Assembly (NCBI GenBank): GCA_046116545.1
Contig: CP175956.1
Coordinates: 385,734-449,733, forward strand
From: Candidatus Moraniibacteriota bacterium
GTDB taxonomy: Bacteria > Patescibacteriota > Minisyncoccia > Moranbacterales > GCA-2747515
Direction of reading: 5' to 3'
Length of the DNA: 64,000 nt
Below, in pieces: positions 9,373 through 18,889 of this stretch. Position numbers and translations under genes: made by a program. A model generated the notes under the pieces. It had not been told where the DNA came from, searched no databases, and saw nothing but the letters and a program-made list of their open reading frames with translations. Positions within the stretch are counted from its first letter, which is position 1. Every line of letters starts with the position of its first letter.

Positions 9373-10047
9373 TTAATATGCTTTTAACTGTAAAATAGAT
9401 CTCTTGAGATTTAACCTTGCCTGATTTTCATATCTATCCTTGAAATAATCTGTAAGAAAGATACTCGATCTATTATTCAAAAAGTCGGCTAAAATTTTAG
9501 ACCTTCCCTCTCGAAATGCTAACTCCTCCACCCATGCATATTCTTTTCTAATATTACTTTCATATTCGTCAAAAATATCTACTGGCTGTCCGAGTATAAG
9601 CAAATCAATATCAAGACCAGTCATCGTATCAGTGCTATGCGGAGTATTTTTGTGATCATAATAAATAATTGCTTGAGCAACAGCATCAACTATTTCACTT
9701 ACTACACCATACTTTGTCAAAAACTCCCTAGCATATTCACCACTCATCACATCATTATACCCCAGGGCATACTCTCTTGCTTCGCAATTCACCTCATCAC
9801 TCCTACTAAAATCCATCACACTATCATGCAAAACCAATTGCCACAACACATTTATTGGATTTTTAACTTTGTCTACAACATGCTCAAAAAAACTATGTAT
9901 ACAAAATTCGATGTGACCATCAAATGTATGATAATATCGTTTTGACTTATTATATTTTACAACAAGTTCCTGAAATCCTTGTTGATAATCACCAGTGCAT
10001 GCGCTATATCGCCACAAAGTTTCAAATTTTCTTTCTAAACAGTTCAT
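9373..10047 (-). CDS. HD-superfamily metal-dependent phosphohydrolase (COG4339-like)
   Basis: RYYHT..H, LHD, DIDLLILG, YE.NIRKEY, FREGR..IL, YE.QARLNL; likely start ATG 10047 after GGAGG. Confidence 0.8.
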   Translation of the reverse strand: MNCLERKFETLWRYSACTGDYQQGFQELVVKYNKSKRYYHTFDGHIEFCIHSFFEHVVDKVKNPINVLWQLVLHDSVMDFSRSDEVNCEAREYALGYNDVMSGEYAREFLTKYGVVSEIVDAVAQAIIYYDHKNTPHSTDTMTGLDIDLLILGQPVDIFDEYESNIRKEYAWVEELAFREGRSKILADFLNNRSSIFLTDYFKDRYENQARLNLKRSILQLKAY

Positions 10048-10066
10048 CCCTAATCCTCCGCTTTTT

Positions 10067-10094
10067 GTAGAGACACGATTAATAGTATCTCTAC
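10067..10094. repeat. GTAG-type REP palindrome
   Basis: GTAGAGACACGATTAATAGTATCTCTAC imperfect palindrome between the coaD-like stop and the HD gene SD. Confidence 0.55.
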
Positions 10095-10102
10095 AATTTT
10101 CA

Positions 10103-11137
10103 TTATAAATGACTGCAAAAAGCAACGGCCTGTTTACGCAATTCGCCTATGTGACAATCAGTGTTAACATACACAAAATTTAATATCTCGCACTTACAAA
10201 TATCCCGTGATTCTTGTAAGTTTGGTATCGCATTAGTCAAAACTTTGTGCTTAGGGGTTCCACGTTTATCCAAACGTTCATGACTTACATCATCACTACA
10301 TCCAACATAAATAATCTTCCCACCTAAATATTTATACACTTCCTTCCCTGCTCTAAGTCCATACGGAACTTCCAAAAAAATATTACTGCCAGCAGGAACT
10401 TGTCGCAAATATTCTCGCACTGCTCCAAACCATACATCTACTATAACCTTAGTTACTTCCGAATCATTCTTTGAAACAAGTGCAACCAAATCTGCGTCCT
10501 GACCAAACTTATCCAGAAGTAATGGTCGTACACGCTTTGAACATTCATCAGTATCAATCCAAATATTTTTGGTATCAACTTCAGAAACCATCTTCAAAAA
10601 AGTACTCTTACCTGATCCAGGGCAACCTACAACCATAAATATATTTCTGGCCTGTAGCTCTCTTTCTAAAAGAATTGAGACGATGCCCGGCGCTACATAT
10701 TTCGCCAACATTTGAAAATCAAGATCACCAATAGCACGCCTCGCACGTGTAGCAGAAACAGAGACGAACTCCTCCTTAGCCCACACATAAAATATTTTAT
10801 CAATGCCAAACATCTCTTTGTTAATCTTCATGACATGTCTCTCATGCTCCATATCATCCTCGCACCTAATACCACGAATCATGACAACATCAGGAAAATC
10901 AAATCTACCTTTACTTTCTTCAAATGTAATCACATCTACATTGCTCGGTAAATTATAATACTTCCACATTGCTACACATTCTTTTTCACTAAACCAGCGT
11001 GTCTTATCCTTCTTCTCATTAGTTGAACAGACAATTGTTACTTTTGGTAAAATTCTACTAGCCTCTTTCACAATTGCAAAGTGTCCATACGTCGGTGGTG
11101 AAAAAACTCCTGGAAAAATAAATTGTCCATTACTCAT
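10103..11137 (-). CDS. Fused phosphopantetheine adenylyltransferase-like (CoaD) + dephospho-CoA-kinase-like (CoaE) protein
   Basis: N-term PGVFSPPTYGH, IRGIR..DD.EHE, VSAT; C-term VVGCPGSGKST, IDTD, LEVP, RL.KRG. Confidence 0.75.
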   Translation of the reverse strand: MSNGQFIFPGVFSPPTYGHFAIVKEASRILPKVTIVCSTNEKKDKTRWFSEKECVAMWKYYNLPSNVDVITFEESKGRFDFPDVVMIRGIRCEDDMEHERHVMKINKEMFGIDKIFYVWAKEEFVSVSATRARRAIGDLDFQMLAKYVAPGIVSILLERELQARNIFMVVGCPGSGKSTFLKMVSEVDTKNIWIDTDECSKRVRPLLLDKFGQDADLVALVSKNDSEVTKVIVDVWFGAVREYLRQVPAGSNIFLEVPYGLRAGKEVYKYLGGKIIYVGCSDDVSHERLDKRGTPKHKVLTNAIPNLQESRDICKCEILNFVYVNTDCHIGELRKQAVAFCSHL

Positions 11138-11189
11138 ACTTTACCCTCCTGCTATATTTACTATTATGATTATTTAAACTCCTTCGCAT

Positions 11190-11272
11190 TGTCATCCTGA
11201 ATTTATTTCAGGATCTAAGTCTTACTAGAGCTTTGTGATATTACAAGATTCTGTAATAAGTTCAGAATGAGA
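11190..11272. repeat. RPE/REP-like palindromic element
   Basis: TGTCATCCTGAATTTATTTCAGGATCT ... AGATTCTGTAATAAGTTCAGAATGAGA. Confidence 0.6.
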
Positions 11273-11449
11273 TCTTCTATTGTTAAATTACTATAAATAG
11301 CTTATACTAATTAACAAGATAAATCGTCAGTGACAACTAAAAATATTATCAGTTCCTTGTTTTTAAGTTAAATAAAGAACTATCACATCAATAATTGTCG
11401 ATTTATTTCGACATCACTACTGATTTATATAAAAAATTTATCAATTATT

Positions 11450-12200
11450 ATGTCACAAAAAATTAAAAAGTATTTACGAGAATTAGGCTTTAGTAAAAAT
11501 GAACAAAAAATCTATATAGCACTTACTGAGCTTGGTGAAGCTAGTGCTTCCATAATTGCAAAAAAAAGCAGATACACCACGCACCACAGCAATAAGCATC
11601 CTAGAAAAACTTGAGAAAGAAAAATATATATCTATCCAACGTTACCGTGGTCGAAACACATTTTGGATTGAATCACCTCAAATGATCAAAAAATCGCTTG
11701 AACAAAAAGTAGTAATAGCTGATGAATTAGATATACTTTTAACAGATCTCTATCGATCAGAGTCTGATTTTCCATATGCAAAAATATATGATACTAAATC
11801 TAGCATCAAATCATTCATCGAAACCCTAATATCAAAAACTGAAAATGGGACTACTATCTATACTATTGATAATCCAAAGTCAGGAAATTACCGTAAGATC
11901 CTATCGAAGAAATTTTATTACGATATGATTGCTATGAAAAATAAAAATAATATTACAACACAAACACTTATCCCAGAAGGTACCTACAAAACAATAAATC
12001 CTCAAAAAATTATTGACAGAAATATTGAAATTCATGAATTACCTAAAAATGTAGAATTTAAAGCATCTCTCTGGATTATTGATAACACACTAGTTCTATT
12101 TTCAGGAAAATATCCTTTTATCGTTGCCGTTAATCATAAGATTATAACAAGTAGTATTAAATCATTTTTCGACTATTTTTGGATGATTGCCAAAAATTAA
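11450..12200 (+). pseudogene. TrmB-family HTH regulator interrupted by a +1 frameshift in an A8 tract (or sequencing error)
   Basis: ATG 11450 gives MSQKIKKYLRELGFSKNEQKIYIALTELGEASASIIAKK and then stops at 11614; removing one A from 11560-11567 joins it to ADTPRTTAISILEKL. Confidence 0.75.
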
Positions 12201-12238
12201 ACAAGGAAACCACTCATATATCGAGTGGTTTTTTCAGA

Positions 12239-12922
12239 TTATTTTGTAAATATCAATTCTCTTTTTTTAAATTTATATAATTTTGCTGGCCTATGCTTCA
12301 TGCCCTCTTTTACTTTCTTTGTTTCTGCCAGAATATTAAGTGATAGAATCTTTTTTCGAAAATTTCTTTTATCAACTATTGTGCCTAAAATAATCTCATA
12401 AACTTGTTGCATTTCAGTTAAAGTAAATGTTTTTGGTAACAGCCCATATACAATATTTGAATATTCAATCTTTGCCCTCAATCGTTCCACGCCAAACACA
12501 ATCATTTCTTTATGGTCAAATGCCATCTGTGGTAATTCTTCTACATCCACCCAATCAATGTCAGAGTAATAATCCATTGTTTTAAGATCAAGTTTATCAC
12601 TATTAACCAATGCAAAATATGCAACAGATATCATTCGTCCACGAATATCTCGCTTAAGGCTACTAAAACTATAGAGTTGCTCCATGTAAACACCTTTAAT
12701 TCCTGCTTTTTTCTTAAGCACATTTTTTGCTGCTTGATCCAGTGTCTCATCAATCTGTACAATTCCACCTGGCAACGCCCATTTATTCTCATATTTACCA
12801 CTACCAATTTCAATAAGTAAAGTCATTAATTTACCCTCTCGAATCGTAAAAATTAAAGTATCTACAGCAACAGCTGGTCCAATAATTAATTCATCTTTTC
12901 GTTTTGTATTTTGAATTTTCAT
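12239..12922 (-). CDS. nrtR: NrtR: Nudix-related, ADP-ribose-responsive transcriptional repressor
   Basis: AVD..IF, WALPGG..ETLDQAA (degenerate Nudix box), EQLYSF..RD.RGR.ISVAY, AFDH, C-terminal wHTH LPKTFTLTEMQQVYE..DKRNFRKK..HRPAKLY; start moved to 12922. Confidence 0.88.
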   Translation of the reverse strand: MKIQNTKRKDELIIGPAVAVDTLIFTIREGKLMTLLIEIGSGKYENKWALPGGIVQIDETLDQAAKNVLKKKAGIKGVYMEQLYSFSSLKRDIRGRMISVAYFALVNSDKLDLKTMDYYSDIDWVDVEELPQMAFDHKEMIVFGVERLRAKIEYSNIVYGLLPKTFTLTEMQQVYEIILGTIVDKRNFRKKILSLNILAETKKVKEGMKHRPAKLYKFKKRELIFTK

Positions 12923-12934
12923 AAATAAGATATA

Positions 12935-12982
12935 AAGTGTTATTAATACACTAACAATAACATATTTTTCCAATAAAGTCAA
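12935..12982 (-). promoter_or_regulatory. nrtR promoter with autoregulatory operator
   Basis: TTGACT (12982-12977), 17 nt, TG-extended TATTGT; AAGTGT-tattaat-ACACTA at 12935-12953. Confidence 0.7.
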
Positions 12983-13012
12983 TGTGGCATTGCAATATGC
13001 ACAAACACATCA

Positions 13013-13630
13013 CTAAAAATATTCTTTTATCAACTTTACTATATCACCAGATGAATTAGCAAAACCAAAAGGAGCCCCTTTTTCCAATGTGTCAACTCTC
13101 TGAAATCCCCAAGTCACTGCAATGGACGCAATCCCTAGTGAATTAGCCTCTTTCAAATCCCCTAATGTATCAGTTACAAATATAATATTTTCCACGTCTA
13201 ATTTAGTATTCTTTAAAATCTTCTCAAATTTCTTTTCTTTTGATGGATTTGTTTCTACTCCATAAATTGTACACAGGTTTTCACAAATATTTTTTTCCTT
13301 GAAAAAATCTTTTATATTTCCTTCACACCCTGATGACACTATAAAGGATTTTCCGATTTCTTGAGACCACCTTGCAACATCATCCATGCCTTCCACAATT
13401 GGTAATTTAATCAATTCAGATTTTATACTTTGACAGTATTTTTGTACATCAAAATTTCCCAATTCTAATCCTAAATCATCATCTTCATAAACATTACCAC
13501 TATGAATCTCATAAAAAGCTTTGTTATCCATTTTTATATCCAAAAAACTCTCAATATGTTTTTTGTGAAAATCAAAATCATCTACAAACACTCCATCAAA
13601 ATCAAAAACTATAGCTTTATCTTTTTTCAT
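13013..13630 (-). CDS. HAD-family hydrolase (phosphoglycolate phosphatase-like)
   Basis: FDFDGV, IVSS, K, VTDTLGD, AVTWGF. Confidence 0.85.
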   Translation of the reverse strand: MKKDKAIVFDFDGVFVDDFDFHKKHIESFLDIKMDNKAFYEIHSGNVYEDDDLGLELGNFDVQKYCQSIKSELIKLPIVEGMDDVARWSQEIGKSFIVSSGCEGNIKDFFKEKNICENLCTIYGVETNPSKEKKFEKILKNTKLDVENIIFVTDTLGDLKEANSLGIASIAVTWGFQRVDTLEKGAPFGFANSSGDIVKLIKEYF

Positions 13631-13634
13631 ATTT

Positions 13635-14375
13635 TTATTTAATATATGCTTCACCGTCAAAAAACTCATTATCTATCACGTCTTTTATTCTATCATACTC
13701 TTTTCTGTCTTCTATTTTCCAAACCAATACTGGCTTCTGTCGTTTTTTAGCTACTTTTACAGGCCAAGAACCTGGAACTGTATTAGCTCGACATCCAAAA
13801 AAATCAGGTTTATTATTACTTAAAATCCACGAAATATACAAAAACATTTTCTTACATACTGCAGTAATATAGCGCCTATTCTCAAAATTAGTAAAATTTT
13901 GACCTCGTATAATTTCATCTGCGTTATCAGCAAACCATTTGACCACAAAGGGATTAAAAGATGAAATTGCATATTTTCCATCATATTTTTTCACTAATGC
14001 AAAAACATCTTTACAGATTTTATAATCAAAATATGATTTACTTTTTATCTCTATGATAATTGGTACTTCTCCATTAACTAAAGTTAGTACTTCTTCAAGA
14101 AGCAATATTCTCTGTTTTGAATTGTTTAGTGTTAGCTTTTTTATATCATCATATTTTGTTTCAGAGACACTTTCTTTATATCCTGTCATCCTATTCAATG
14201 TCCAATCATGAAAAACTACTAACCTGTCATCGATAGTTAGTTGAACATCTAACTCTATTGGATACCCCGCATCAATAGCACGAGAAAAAGCCACTAAAGA
14301 ATTCTCTGCGACACTATCATTATGAAGTCCACGATGTGCAATTGGTTTTTTTGTTAAAAATTTTATATCTTTCAT
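13635..14375 (-). CDS. Glycerophosphodiester phosphodiesterase
   Basis: IAHRGLH, ENSL.AF, IELDVQLT.D..LVVFHD, IEIK, SSFNP. Confidence 0.88.
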   Translation of the reverse strand: MKDIKFLTKKPIAHRGLHNDSVAENSLVAFSRAIDAGYPIELDVQLTIDDRLVVFHDWTLNRMTGYKESVSETKYDDIKKLTLNNSKQRILLLEEVLTLVNGEVPIIIEIKSKSYFDYKICKDVFALVKKYDGKYAISSFNPFVVKWFADNADEIIRGQNFTNFENRRYITAVCKKMFLYISWILSNNKPDFFGCRANTVPGSWPVKVAKKRQKPVLVWKIEDRKEYDRIKDVIDNEFFDGEAYIK

Positions 14376-14578
14376 AATAGCCCACCATAAGCACTGCCCA
14401 TAACACTCAAAAACCATGGAATAATAAATACTAATCCAATAGCTGGTAAAACAAATGCAATGATGGAAATAATTAAAGTAGCTAAAAATATTTTGCGAGT
14501 TTGTTCTACACTTTTATAAATTGCATTTAATTTTGCATCTTGTTCTTCTAGTTGTTGTAATATTACATTTTCTTCCAT
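14372..14578 (-). CDS. Small membrane protein
   Basis: Short coiled-coil KLNAIYKSVEQTRK followed by a hydrophobic stretch; overlaps the next start. Confidence 0.65.
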   Translation of the reverse strand: MEENVILQQLEEQDAKLNAIYKSVEQTRKIFLATLIISIIAFVLPAIGLVFIIPWFLSVMGSAYGGLL

Positions 14579-14681
14579 AATATTGTTTCTATTTAATTGT
14601 TTTATATACTTAATATTAACATACTAACAAAAAAGCATTGATTATGCATCAATGCTTTTATGCTGGAAATAATTTCATTCA

Positions 14682-16310
14682 CTATAATTGTCCTCCACAA
14701 TTTGCACAAAACTTTGCACCTGCTATATTATCAGTGCCACAATTTGCACATTTTACAGGAATTATTTCATCTGAATTAGAGCCTTTATTTGCACCAAAAG
14801 CATTTTGATCTGTTGACTCATTATTTTTTTGTATCGATTGTGAATTTTGCACAGCTTCTTGTTGTATTGGCATTTCAATAGGTTGTGTTTTATTTTTCCT
14901 TTTTAAAGTTTTAATTACTATAAGTATTATTACAATAAGTATAATAATACCGAGTACACCAACAACGCCCAGTACCATAAAGCTAAATCCACCAGCTGTT
15001 GTGTCTTTTGCTGAACTTGCAATATTTACGTCATTTATTTTTACAGATGCCTTTTCTCCAGTTATACTATCATCTTGCATATCAGACCTTGCCTCACCAA
15101 TACCAGCTTCCGTATTTGCTTTTATTGTTGATGCTTTCTCTATAGGAGCGCCTTCTCCCTCTAAAGCAATTATAATATCGTACTGAGTTTTATCTTTTTT
15201 CGTTTTTTCAGACTCATATGCTGGACACCAAGAATAATTTCCACACGATTCTCTCCAATCATTCCCGATTGAAATATAATATTCACCTGTTTCATCTGCA
15301 ATAAATGCGGCTTTATAAGAAACTGGCTCTGTTGATCCTGACCGTAACCCTAGTGTTACTGGGGAAAATGCTCCAGAACCACATGAATCAGCGACCAACT
15401 CACTAACAACTGATTGATATTTATCATAAATTTTTACAACAGGCAACATACACATACTAGTTGCGTTATCTTCACTCATTGCCTGTTCTCTTTTCATATT
15501 TAATGCCGCTATAATATTTTGCCCCTTATATGCCTTAATTTTATAAAATTTAGTCTCACCGGCACGAATATCACCACCATAAGCACCCTCTTTAATAGTT
15601 GGTGCATTTACAAAGCCAGTACCTGCTGCAACACCGCCTGCATTTGCAAATCCTTCAAAAGCTCTTTGTGAAAAAAATGTCATACTTGCCACTAATTCTC
15701 CAGCATTCTTTGCACTTCTGTACTCTCCGCCTGTAGCCTGAGCAACACATTTAAGTTGTTCTTCTGCAATTCCACTAACATCAAATCCAACAGTGTTTAC
15801 AACTATATCAAATCCTTCGTCACGCATTTTTTTAACTGTTGCACAAGGATCTCCACCACATGTTTCCTCACCATCAGAAACAAGTATTACCATTTTGCCA
15901 AATTCTGGATTTTTATTAAAATCAGATTTTGTTTGTTGTAAAGAATAATCAATCGGAGTCCAACCGCCTGGATTAAGAGAATTAATTTTTGAAATTAATT
16001 GACTTTTATTTATTTTACTAATTGGATAAATTAATTCTGAATCCTGACAATCTTTATTTGCACTCGTTGATCTATGTCCATATGCACGAAATCCCACAAA
16101 TGCATTTTCTGGCATTTCATTTATAACTGTTGTCAGAGCTTCTTTTGCTACATCCATTTTTGATTTTCCTCCATCTATGATTCCTGCCATACTGCCTGAT
16201 ACATCCAAGATAATTTCGACATCATTACCTTTTATATCTACTGCCTGGACTTGTTGTACAAAAACCATACTGAATATGGCTAGACTGAGCATTATATAAA
16301 TCTTGTTCAT
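14682..16310 (-). CDS. Membrane-anchored vWA-domain protein with C-terminal zinc ribbon
   Basis: Signal peptide, DVSGS MIDAS, GWTP, SDGEETCGGDPC, TM helix, CxxC...CxxC. Confidence 0.85.
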   Translation of the reverse strand: MNKIYIMLSLAIFSMVFVQQVQAVDIKGNDVEIILDVSGSMAGIIDGGKSKMDVAKEALTTVINEMPENAFVGFRAYGHRSTSANKDCQDSELIYPISKINKSQLISKINSLNPGGWTPIDYSLQQTKSDFNKNPEFGKMVILVSDGEETCGGDPCATVKKMRDEGFDIVVNTVGFDVSGIAEEQLKCVAQATGGEYRSAKNAGELVASMTFFSQRAFEGFANAGGVAAGTGFVNAPTIKEGAYGGDIRAGETKFYKIKAYKGQNIIAALNMKREQAMSEDNATSMCMLPVVKIYDKYQSVVSELVADSCGSGAFSPVTLGLRSGSTEPVSYKAAFIADETGEYYISIGNDWRESCGNYSWCPAYESEKTKKDKTQYDIIIALEGEGAPIEKASTIKANTEAGIGEARSDMQDDSITGEKASVKINDVNIASSAKDTTAGGFSFMVLGVVGVLGIIILIVIILIVIKTLKRKNKTQPIEMPIQQEAVQNSQSIQKNNESTDQNAFGANKGSNSDEIIPVKCANCGTDNIAGAKFCANCGGQL

Positions 16311-16393
16311 ACTTTTATTTTTATTTATTACTTAATTATATTATATATCAATTTCCCAAAAAAATAAATATCACTAAACTCTTCATTAAATAT

Positions 16394-17026
16394 TTATTTA
16401 TTTATATTTTTATCACAAATATTTTTTAATACACATTCATTACATTTTGGTTTTCTTCCACAAATTGCACGACCATGTGTTATTAAATATTCATTCCAGC
16501 TTAAGTATTCGGATGGATTAATCAAATCACTTAATTCTTTACTCATTTTAATTGGTGTATTTGCATCACTTAGACCAAACCGCTTTGATAACCTAAATAC
16601 ATGCGTGTCCACTGCCAATCCATCATTTTTATCATACAATTTTGCTAACACTAAATATGCTGTTTTGTGTGATACTCCACGTAATTTCAATAAATCTTCC
16701 AAATTATCTGGTACTTCCCCATTTAAATCTTCTGTAATAATTCTTCCAGTTTCTTTTAATGCTTTTGCCTTTGATTTATAAAATCCCGTTGAATAAATTT
16801 CTTTTTCTAAAGTTTTTATATCTGCATTTGCATAATCACTGGCTGTAATATACTTTTTAAAAAGCTCCTTTGTTACAATATTCACACGTACATCAGTACA
16901 TTGTGCTGAAAGAATAATTCCAATAAGTAATTCCAAAGGATTACTCCAAATTATAAAAGGTCCTGTTATTTTATATTCTTTTTTCAATAACTTTAATATC
17001 TCAACAACTTTATCTTTTTTATTCAT
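16394..17026 (-). CDS. nth: Endonuclease III
   Basis: ILSAQCTD..VN, HhH L.GV..KTA, VDTHV, C..KPKC..C....IC Fe-S motif. Confidence 0.9.
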   Translation of the reverse strand: MNKKDKVVEILKLLKKEYKITGPFIIWSNPLELLIGIILSAQCTDVRVNIVTKELFKKYITASDYANADIKTLEKEIYSTGFYKSKAKALKETGRIITEDLNGEVPDNLEDLLKLRGVSHKTAYLVLAKLYDKNDGLAVDTHVFRLSKRFGLSDANTPIKMSKELSDLINPSEYLSWNEYLITHGRAICGRKPKCNECVLKNICDKNINK

Positions 17027-17133
17027 ATTTAAATTGTTACACAAAAAAACCACATTGACAAAAAAATATCTCACTGTTAGACTAAACCATTACAAAAAAA
17101 TTGTTATTTTAAAAAACAACGGAGGAGTTACAC

Positions 17134-17616
17134 ATGTCAACTGAAAGAAGAGCTGCTATTATAAATGATATTCACAAATTACAAGAAGGTACTTCAACAG
17201 AGGCTGAAATAAAGATAGCTATATCAAAATTACTCATACTTCAAAGAGCCGAATCTTCAAAACATGAAGATGAGTCTCTTCAGTTATATGCACTTATTGA
17301 TGAACTTACTGACAAGCTTGTTGAACAAAAACGTGTATACTCTTCTTTAGAATTAGCAACAAATCAAAAAGCATCTGAAATATCGATACTTCAAAAAGAA
17401 GCACAACTTCTTAAACGCAAGCTTCTTGAGAAAGATGCTGATTTGAACTCGCTATCAAGATATAATTCCATGTTATTTAGTGCTATTAGCATATTAAATA
17501 GTCAATTTAAGAAACTAACTACAAAAAAAGGCCGACTCAAGGATTATAAAAAAATCACTACATCTGCAGTCGTACTTATAGCTGAAACAATAACAAACTG
17601 CACTCCAAAAGAGTGA
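17134..17616 (+). CDS. Hypothetical coiled-coil protein
   Basis: TTGACA promoter, GGAGGAG SD, heptad-rich 160 aa ORF. Confidence 0.6.
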   Translation: MSTERRAAIINDIHKLQEGTSTEAEIKIAISKLLILQRAESSKHEDESLQLYALIDELTDKLVEQKRVYSSLELATNQKASEISILQKEAQLLKRKLLEKDADLNSLSRYNSMLFSAISILNSQFKKLTTKKGRLKDYKKITTSAVVLIAETITNCTPKE

Positions 17617-17683
17617 TTGAATGCGCAAAAGCCCAACAATAAAATTGTTGGGCTTTTTTCTTATGTTCTCATGACATTCTTAC

Positions 17684-18814
17684 TTATTCCTTATTTTGTT
17701 TCATCTTATACCAAACAAATACACCTAATGCTACACATACTAGTATTAGCATTATTGCAAACATTGGTCTATAAAAAATCCAAGCAATTGCGATTGTCAA
17801 TAAAGAAATTTGTACTGCTGCTATGAATGACATAATACCAATTCCAAAACCTATGATATTACCTATAAATGGCACAACATCTCCAATAACTTCCAAAGGT
17901 TTCAAAATAATTTTTGTACCAATCATTATCATAAAAAACCCAACAAATCGTAATATCCATGTCATTAGCTTATTGCTGCTTTTTGCTGAATCAAACATCT
18001 GCTGAGCTGTTTGATCTCGAGAAGTCAAAAATTCTAATGTCTGTCCTTTACTGGTCACAAAAGGTTTAAAGCTATCTCCCTTTTGTTGAGAAATCATACT
18101 AACTACTTCTGGACTTACAGTTTGATAACTGATTTTCAAATCACCTATTTTTGGATTATTCTGATCTTCTCCGATATATATTATTCCACCAATTAATTTA
18201 ATACTGTCATCTTCTGAAACCTCTTTTTTCATTTCTACAACTGGAAAGTTTTTATAGTTCCCAATTTTATTTATCAAAGACTCTGATAATTTAAACTTTC
18301 CCAACTGCACATTACCTGCACTTAAAGTATCACTTTCATACATCATGATTCCAGGATTATCATGACCTTGATCATGAAAGCCTCCACTATCAATTAAACT
18401 ACTATTCCAATCTTTATTGTAAGTATAAGTTGTTGTTGTCTCTGTGCTCCCTCCCATTTTTTTTGTACTAGAAGAATCAGTGTTTTCTTCCCATTGATAC
18501 ATCTCCACTAAACGTTTTAATTTTATTCCTTCAAATACAACACCAAACTGACTATCTTCTAATACATCCTTAGTTTCCAACTTTCCATTTAAATGCACAA
18601 GCTTTCCATCTTGCCCAGGATCAATTTGCTCTATTGAAGCATTTTCAACCATGCTTTGACCTTCATCTAATGCCTTTTTTGTATGAACTGCTCGTCCCTC
18701 ATTCCAAAACAAAAGCACTATAGCAGCAATTAATAAAAGAACACCAAAAAGAATCCCTTTAATAGAACCACCTAATCGACTACCCCAGGATTCTGACGTT
18801 GTAACTGTAGACAT
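17684..18814 (-). CDS. TMEM43/DUF1625-family membrane protein
   Basis: LFWNEGRAV..AL.EG, LKR.VEMYQW.E, P.IGDLKI, C-terminal TM helices. Confidence 0.85.
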   Translation of the reverse strand: MSTVTTSESWGSRLGGSIKGILFGVLLLIAAIVLLFWNEGRAVHTKKALDEGQSMVENASIEQIDPGQDGKLVHLNGKLETKDVLEDSQFGVVFEGIKLKRLVEMYQWEENTDSSSTKKMGGSTETTTTYTYNKDWNSSLIDSGGFHDQGHDNPGIMMYESDTLSAGNVQLGKFKLSESLINKIGNYKNFPVVEMKKEVSEDDSIKLIGGIIYIGEDQNNPKIGDLKISYQTVSPEVVSMISQQKGDSFKPFVTSKGQTLEFLTSRDQTAQQMFDSAKSSNKLMTWILRFVGFFMIMIGTKIILKPLEVIGDVVPFIGNIIGFGIGIMSFIAAVQISLLTIAIAWIFYRPMFAIMLILVCVALGVFVWYKMKQNKE

Positions 18815-18889
18815 AATATCTATAACATTAAAAATAAAAAATATTTACTATAATAATACTACATATCGTAATTCTTCCCTAGTCCTTAG

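Noticed and set aside
12923-12982. Hydrophobic N-terminal extension on NrtR suggested by the ORF track
   Set aside because: The region contains the promoter and operator; the plausible start is ATG 12922
17684-18814. Eukaryote-derived TMEM43 as a novelty
   Set aside because: Bacterial TMEM43/DUF1625 homologs are already known
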